DNA from: Mycoplasmoides pneumoniae FH
GTDB taxonomy: Bacteria; Bacillota_I; Bacilli_A; Mycoplasmatales; Mycoplasmoidaceae
Reading direction: 5' to 3'
Length of the DNA: 32,000 bases
Assembly (NCBI RefSeq): GCF_001272835.1
Contig: NZ_CP010546.1
Span: 332,809-364,808, forward strand
Part shown: piece by piece, positions 25,986-32,000 of the stretch
Layout: each line of letters starts with the position of its first letter
Numbering within the stretch: position 1 is the stretch's first letter
The notes under the pieces: generated by a model
Database searches by the model: none
The model's input: the letters and a program-made list of their open reading frames with translations, nothing else
Told to the model about the DNA's origin: nothing
Made by a program: the position numbers and the translations under genes

Positions 25986-27027
25986 ATGCCAATTAACTTA
26001 AAAGGTCGTAGCCTTGACTCTGCTTTAAACTTTACTACTGCTCAAATTAACTATTTAATTGACCTCGCCATTGATTTAAAACGCAGTAAATACCAAGTTG
26101 CACATCCAGAACCGTCCCTTAGTGGGGAAGAACATTGTTTTACTGTTCCAAAAAGATTCTACCCGTACCCGTTGTGCCTTTGAAGTGGCTGCCTTTGACT
26201 TGGGTATGGGTTGCACTTACATCGGCCCTTCTGGTTCCAATTTTGGTAAGAAGGAATCGATTGAAGACACTGCTAAAGTGTTGGGTTCAATGTATGACGG
26301 AATTGAATTCCGTGGCTTTAAGCAAAGCGATGTTGATGCTTTGGTAAAGTACTCTGGTGTTCCTGTTTGAAACGGTTTGACTGATGCGGAACACCCTACC
26401 CAAATGCTAGCGGATTACATGACGATTAAGGAGTTGAAGGGTGATTTGAAGGGGCGCAAAATTGTCTTTGCTGGTGATATTAAAAATAATGTGGCACGCT
26501 CGTTGATGATTGGGGCAGCTTTTGTTGGTATGGACATAGTGCTAGTAGGTCCTAAAGCACAGCATGAATTAGTTCAAAATGGTGCTGGGTATAAAGAGGT
26601 CTTTGAGCAGTGTCAAGCATTGTTTCAACTCAATGGTGGTAGTGTTAGCTTTAGCACTGATAAGCTGCAAGCGGCTAAGAATGCTGATGTAATTTACACC
26701 GATGTGTGACTGTCGTTGGGTGAAGACTTTAGCTTATTTGAAGAACGGATTCAGGAGCTGGGTCAATTTCAAGTTGACATGGCTATGATCAAAGCAGCTA
26801 AGAGTGATGTGATCTTCTTGCACTGTCTCCCCGCTTTCCATGATGATCACACTAGCTTTTCACTGGAAATTAAACAAAAGTTAGGTAAAAAATATCCGGT
26901 GGTGAAAACGGGTGCGATGGAAGTGACTGATACGGTGTTTCAGTCCAAGCATAACATGGCCTTTATCCAAGCAGAAAACCGCTTGCACACGATTAAGGCC
27001 GTTATTTTAGCTACTTTAGGGTATTAA
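25986..27027 (+). pseudogene. argI: Ornithine carbamoyltransferase with the N-terminal ~37 codons out of frame
   Basis: The segment 25986-26096 reads [37 protein letters not shown], a typical OTC N-terminal helix. The rest ([29 protein letters not shown]...HPTQMLAD...HCLPAFH...) is in the next frame, from TTG 26098 to TAA 27025-27027, through TGA-Trp at 26368 and 26707. Confidence 0.85.
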
Positions 27028-27029
27028 AG

Positions 27030-27959
27030 ATGCAAAAAATTGTCATAGCATTGGGTGGTAATGCATTAGGTAACAATCCCACCGAACAAAAGGACTTGGT
27101 ACAACTACCAGCACGACAGGCGGTTGCTTTGTTAAAGCAGGGTTATCAGATATTATTGGGTCATGGTAACGGTCCACAGGTTGGCATGATCTACAACGCC
27201 TTTAGTGCGGCCAAACAAGTCAACCCTAATACACCCACTGTACCATTTGCTGAAAGTGGGGCAATGTCTCAGGGTTACATTGGACTGCATTTGTTAACAG
27301 CATTGTACAATGAGCTGCTACACCAAAAACTACCCCATCAAGCCGTGTACTTTTTAACACAAACCTTAGTAGAAGCGAGCGATCCTGCTTTTCAAAACCC
27401 AAATAAACCAGTTGGTCCGTTTTACAACACAGAGGAAACAGCACGCTCAGCTAATCCAAACAGCACCGTGGTGGAAGATGCAGGGCGGGGTTGGCGTAAA
27501 GTAGTAGCGTCCCCCAAACCAGTTGATGTTTTGGGAATTGATGCCATTAAAAGTAGCTTTAACCAAGGCAACTTGGTGATTGTTGGTGGCGGTGGCGGTG
27601 TACCCACAATTAAGACCAAAAGTGGTTATGCAACGGTTGATGGGGTGATTGATAAGGATCTAGCATTGAGTGAAATTGCCATTAAGGTAGAGGCTGACCT
27701 GTTTGTTATTCTCACTGCCGTGGACTTTGTCTACATTAACTATGGTCAACCAAACGAGCAAAAGCTAACCTGCATTAACACCAAGGAAGCTAAGACCTTA
27801 ATGGCCGCAAACCAGTTTGCTAAAGGTAGTATGCTCCCCAAGGTAGAAGCGTGTTTAAACTTTGTCCAGTCGGGTACCAATAAGACGGCCATTATTGCCC
27901 AATTAGACCAATTAGCTGCGGCCATTGCGGGCAAGATTGGTACTAAAATTGTCAAGTAG
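27030..27959 (+). CDS. arcC: Carbamate kinase, 309 aa
   Basis: It opens MQKIVIALGGNALG and contains ..GHGNGPQVG.. and ..VIVGGGGGVP... The ORF is uninterrupted. Confidence 0.93.
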   Translation: MQKIVIALGGNALGNNPTEQKDLVQLPARQAVALLKQGYQILLGHGNGPQVGMIYNAFSAAKQVNPNTPTVPFAESGAMSQGYIGLHLLTALYNELLHQKLPHQAVYFLTQTLVEASDPAFQNPNKPVGPFYNTEETARSANPNSTVVEDAGRGWRKVVASPKPVDVLGIDAIKSSFNQGNLVIVGGGGGVPTIKTKSGYATVDGVIDKDLALSEIAIKVEADLFVILTAVDFVYINYGQPNEQKLTCINTKEAKTLMAANQFAKGSMLPKVEACLNFVQSGTNKTAIIAQLDQLAAAIAGKIGTKIVK

Positions 27960-27961
27960 TT

Positions 27962-29659
27962 ATGAAACAACAAAAACCCAAAATTAGCTTTATAGCAGCG
28001 ATGCTAATTGTTATCGGCTCGTCCATAGGTGCTGGTATCTTTTTTAAATCCAGCACTGTTTTGGAAAATTCCCAGGCCTCTTTAGTGCTAGCGATTTTTA
28101 ACTGGTTGGTAGCTTCAGTGGCAGTGATTGCTATGGCCTTGGCATTAATTGAAATTGCCAGTGTTCGCAACGATAATCTCTCGATTATTAGCTGGGTCAA
28201 AGTGTTTAACCGGCGCTGGTTGTACCATGGTTGTAAGAATTTTATGACCTATTTGTACCTACCGTTGACCTTCTTCTTTATGCCGCTGTACTTTATCTGT
28301 TCCATTCAAGATGGGTTTCGCGGTTTGTTGGGACTGGAAACCGGAGCGCATTTCAATACTAGTGTGGACTGGTTAATCTGGTTAGCTTTAGCACTTATTA
28401 TTACCACTTACTTCTTGACAATTCCACCACTGTACGCTAAGGTAGGGAACATCCAAAACATGGTGGTAAGCGCCGTGAAGTTTATTCCTTTAGTGTTTGT
28501 GCCTATCATCGGTTTTATTGTAGCGGGTACAGGTAACGGTGAATTAAAAAACGTTAAGGCATTAGTGCAACCCCCACAAATTAATGGTGCGACTGCTTCC
28601 TTTACCCAATTAGTACAAGCGGGGTATGGAATTACTCGTTTTACGGGAATTGGTGCTGGGATGGGTTCCTTTATTTCGATTGCCGCCATTTTCTTTGCGT
28701 ACGATGGTTTTTACGTAACAGCTGGACTGCAGTCAGAGATGCGTGAACCGAAAAAAACACCGTGAGCTTTGTTTTTAGGTTTACTAATTACTACGCTGTT
28801 TTACCTTATCTTAGCAGTGGCACTTTCCATTAACGGTGGTTTGTTTAGTGGTATGGAAGAGTCCATGGGAAAGCTGTTTAACAATAAGCGTGCCGGGCAA
28901 ATTGTCTTTGGTGTTGTTAACCTAATGATTGGCATAGGTGTCTTGGGTATTATTAACGGTTTTGCACTGTGAGCACCACGGTTTGTGGAAGACTTATTAG
29001 CCCAAGGTGATTTACCTTTTTGAAAGCAAGTGCAGGGCAGATTGAACCCCAACAAGCCAGTGGTGGGGGTAATTTACTGTTTGGTACTTTCTTTGACTGT
29101 TCAAGTGCTGTTTACGGTAATAGGTGCTTTGGCTTACCTCCCGACAGTAGCGGATTACAAAAATTACGTTAACACTGAAATTGACAAGCTCAATTCGATG
29201 CAATGGTTGTATTCGTTTTCCGATTTAATGGCTACTTGAACTTCGCTGTTTACCTTCGCCTTTATTGCCTGTGCCATCTTTGGTGCCATTGTTAATCGCA
29301 AAACCAAGCAGATTACGATTGCCAATCCAAAGCGTTATTTTCTCCCAGCGGCTTGGATTGCCGTAGTGGTTAACTGCATTAGTGTTTTTGTAACTATCAT
29401 TGAGCCCTTCATTAACCTCTTTTTACTGTTTGGTTATGATGAAACAGTGGCACACACAGTGCTCGGTAATGACTTCATTGAATTGAATGAATTAGTGATA
29501 GGACGGGTAATGCTGATAGTAGTGTTAGTTTTCTTTGCCATAATTAGCTTTCTCCCTGTTTATGTGGAGGATCAATACCACAAACGTAAGTTTGGTAGTT
29601 TAGCTAACTATCAGCAATATGTACAACAACATTTAGCACACTCCACCATTAACGGTTAA
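27962..29659 (+). CDS. APC-superfamily amino-acid permease, 565 aa (arginine/ornithine exchange suggested only by context)
   Basis: The protein is polytopic and hydrophobic (MLIVIGSSIGAGIFF.., FFAYDGF..). Four track ORFs in one frame join through TGA-Trp at 28763, 28970, 29021 and 29237. It starts 2 nt after arcC. Confidence 0.8.
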
Positions 29660-29747
29660 TTAGTTTTGTAAGGCTTGCAAGCTTTGCCGTCATTTTCATT
29701 TAAATAGCATTTATTCATTTGCATTTTTTTAGATAAATTAAAATTAA

Positions 29748-29756
29748 TGATATAGT
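29748..29756 (+). promoter_or_regulatory. Candidate extended -10 (TGATATAGT) for the p65-hmw2 operon
   Basis: The TGnTAnnnT pattern lies 37 nt upstream of the p65 ATG. Confidence 0.35.
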
Positions 29757-29792
29757 GTCAGCTTTGCTGTTGGCACCTTTTAAAGACAGTAA

Positions 29793-31064
29793 ATGGATAT
29801 AAATAAACCAGGTTGAAATCAGTCTGACCAACAAGCTACTGCATACGATCCCAATCAGCAGCAGTACTATGGTGATGGTAGTACTTATTACGACCCCGAC
29901 CAAGCAGTTGATCCCAACCAAGCGTATTACCCCGATCCGAATACCTATCCTGATGCAGCGGCTTATTACGGCTATGGTCAGGATGGTCAAGCATATCCAC
30001 AAGACTATGCTCAAGATCCCAACCAAGCGTATTATGCCGATCCCAATGCTTATCAGGACCCAAACGCTTACACCGATCCTAACGCCTATGTAGATCCCAA
30101 TGCTTATCAGGACCCAAACGCTTATGTAGATCCTAATAACTACACCGATCCCAATGCTTATTACGGCTATGGTCAGGATGGTCAAGCATATCCACAAGAC
30201 TATGCTCAAGATCCCAACCAAGCGTACTATGCCGATCCCAATGCTTATCAGGACCCAAACGCTTACACCGATCCTAACGCCTATGTAGATCCCAATGCTT
30301 ATCAGGACCCAAACGCTTACACCGATCCTTACTATGTTACTAGTACCGATCACAACGCTTACTATGGTCAGGTCGATAATGTACCTGCTTTAGAGGCGAG
30401 TGATCTCGCTTATGAGGTAACACCGCAAGAGCAAGCAGCGGAACAAGAGCTGTTTAGCGAACCGGAAACAAAGGTAATCCGTGAAATCCACGAATTTCCC
30501 TTTGAGAAGATTCGCTCTTACTTCCAAACGGACTTTGACAGTTATAACAGCCGTTTAACCCAGCTCAAAGACAAGTTAGATAACGCCATCTTTTCGATGC
30601 GCAAAGCGATTGATACTGTCAAGGAAAACAGCGCTAACTTGCAAATTATGAAGCAGAACTTTGAACGCCAACTCAAAGAACAGCAAACCCAACGGCTTAC
30701 AAGTAATACTGACGCGGAAAAGATTGGTGCTAAGATCAACCAATTAGAGGAACGCATGCAACGTTTATCGCGCACTATGGAAAGTGTGGAGTGAACCAAA
30801 AAGGAGCCACGTCAAGAACAGTTCGATCCACGCTTTGTCGATCCACGTAACTTTAATAACTATGTAAACAACACTGACACAATGATGTCAATGTTTGAAA
30901 AGGTATTAATGATGAACTTACTGCGCAGCACCACTCCAGTCCAACCTCCAGTGCAGTACTTTACTCCTCAACCCCTTACAGCATCGCCACGTCCAGTGTA
31001 TGAAGAACCGATCTCCGCTTCGTTCCGCCGTCGTGGTTACCGTGGTGATGAATTTTACGAATAA
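29793..31064 (+). CDS. p65: Terminal-organelle proline-rich protein P65, 423 aa
   Basis: It opens MDINKPGWNQSDQQATAYDPNQQQYYGDG, followed by DPNAY/DPNQAY repeats, then a coiled coil (..LKDKLDNAIFSMRKAIDTVKEN..) and a C-terminus ..SFRRRGYRGDEFYE. TGA-Trp codons occur at 29814 and 30792. The sequence matches my recollection of P65. Confidence 0.93.
29961..30124 (+). repeat. P65 internal direct repeat, copy 1 (164 bp)
   Basis: It is identical to 30156-30319 except for one T/C difference, with a 195-bp (65-codon) period. Confidence 0.9.
30156..30319 (+). repeat. P65 internal direct repeat, copy 2 (164 bp)
   Basis: See copy 1. Confidence 0.9.
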
Positions 31065-31083
31065 ACACTGGCTCTTTTAACCG

Positions 31084-32000
31084 ATGAATGATACTGACAA
31101 GAAGTTCCCCTTGCAACCAGTTTATGACACTGGGTTTGATGATGGGTATTTACAGCGTGATTATGAAAAGCGTTTAGAAAGTGCTGCTGCTAATGATGCA
31201 CAAACAGTGGAACTACAAACCCAGCTGTTAGCAGAGATTAAAAACCTTGAAAACGAAATCAAGGCCCTAAAGGCGCAGGAATCACGCCAACCCGATCCGC
31301 ACAACAATGCCCGGATTCAAAGCTTAGAAGCTAGCTTAAACCGTTTGGTCAATGAGTACAACAACTTTGAATTCCAAAAGAACTATATGGTTGATCGGGT
31401 AGCAGAGTTAAATAACAAAGCGCGTTTTTTTAAGGACGAATTAAAGCGTCTCCAACAAGAAAACGCCGCTTTTGTTAATTCCCGTTATGCCAATTGAGCT
31501 GACTTTCAATCCAACTATCAGCTCAAATTAGACCAGTTTCAAGCGTTAATTGACCAGCAAAACCAAACAATTAAGCAGCTCAACGAACAGATTGCAGCTA
31601 ACCAGGGCTTAATTGATCAAAACGTACAGCGCTTACAGCAAAACCACAGTTTAGACCAACAAGAACGTGACGCCTTACTGTATGAGGTTGACCATTTATA
31701 CAACGAACTGTACGAACTTGAAAACCAAAAACGCTTAGTGGGCATCGAGTATGAAGCCACATACCAGGACTTGGTGAGTGCGGATGCGGAGTTGCAAAAC
31801 GTTTATGAAACAATTGCCCAAAACCAGGCCAACTTCCAAAAGCAGTGTGATGCTTATTGAGCACAGCTCAAGCAAGTAGAACAGCAAATTCAAACGACAA
31901 AGCAAGAATTGGTTGATGAAGAATCGGCACTTAAGGTGCGTTTAAATGACGCTGATTTTTACATTAACTCACGCTTAGCAGAATTAGATGATTTAACTAG
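31084..32000 (+). CDS. hmw2: Cytadherence high-molecular-weight protein HMW2, 5' end (continues beyond the window)
   Basis: It opens MNDTDKKFPLQPVYDTGFDDGYLQRDYEKRLE, followed by continuous coiled-coil sequence. TGA-Trp codons occur at 31495 and 31858. It lies immediately downstream of p65, as in the known p65 operon. Confidence 0.9.

Noticed and set aside
29715-30353. 212-aa minus-strand ORF (IGIGV/RIGVSVWVLISIG repeats), plus ORFs at 29836-30063 (minus strand) and 29869-30093 (plus strand)
   Set aside because: These are antisense or off-frame readings of the P65 DPNAY repeat DNA. Their periodicity mirrors the P65 repeats, and the P65 frame is the one matching a known protein.

Overview
Read with genetic code 4 (TGA = Trp), the window is a contiguous stretch of a Mycoplasma (Mycoplasmoides) pneumoniae chromosome. 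The evidence for code 4 is that every conserved housekeeping gene here is interrupted only by TGA. The organism is recognisable from a P1-adhesin RepMP2/3 cassette, the DPNAY-repeat protein P65 and HMW2. The gene order matches my recollection of roughly MPN_28x to MPN_310.

The left ~14 kb is an accessory, variable block. It holds three paralogous lipoprotein genes: one intact at 3331-5715 and two broken at homopolymer runs. It also holds two orphan type I R-M specificity (hsdS) loci, one carrying a 17 x 12-bp in-frame tandem repeat and one split by an in-frame TAG. The rest of the block is a silent GC-rich RepMP2/3 cassette, two DUF16/UPF0134 coiled-coil genes behind a shared repeated leader, an orphan 82-aa gene and a duplicated small minus-strand unit.

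The right ~18 kb is core genome. On the minus strand are tsaB, an rluD-like gene and lspA. On the plus strand are a DJ-1-like gene, a hypothetical, rpsU, a DivIVA-domain gene, acpS, plsC, one ORF joining a DHFR-like domain to ScpA, scpB, pfkA, pyk and an 8-tRNA cluster. These are followed by a decayed arginine deiminase operon (arcA and argI frameshifted, arcC and a permease intact), p65 and the 5' end of hmw2.

I saw no transposase, integrase, CRISPR, rRNA or phage genes. I found no single self-contained novel system. The best candidate is the way several independent variation devices are stacked in the left block. All homology statements are by eye or from recall, and only codon and coordinate bookkeeping was done.
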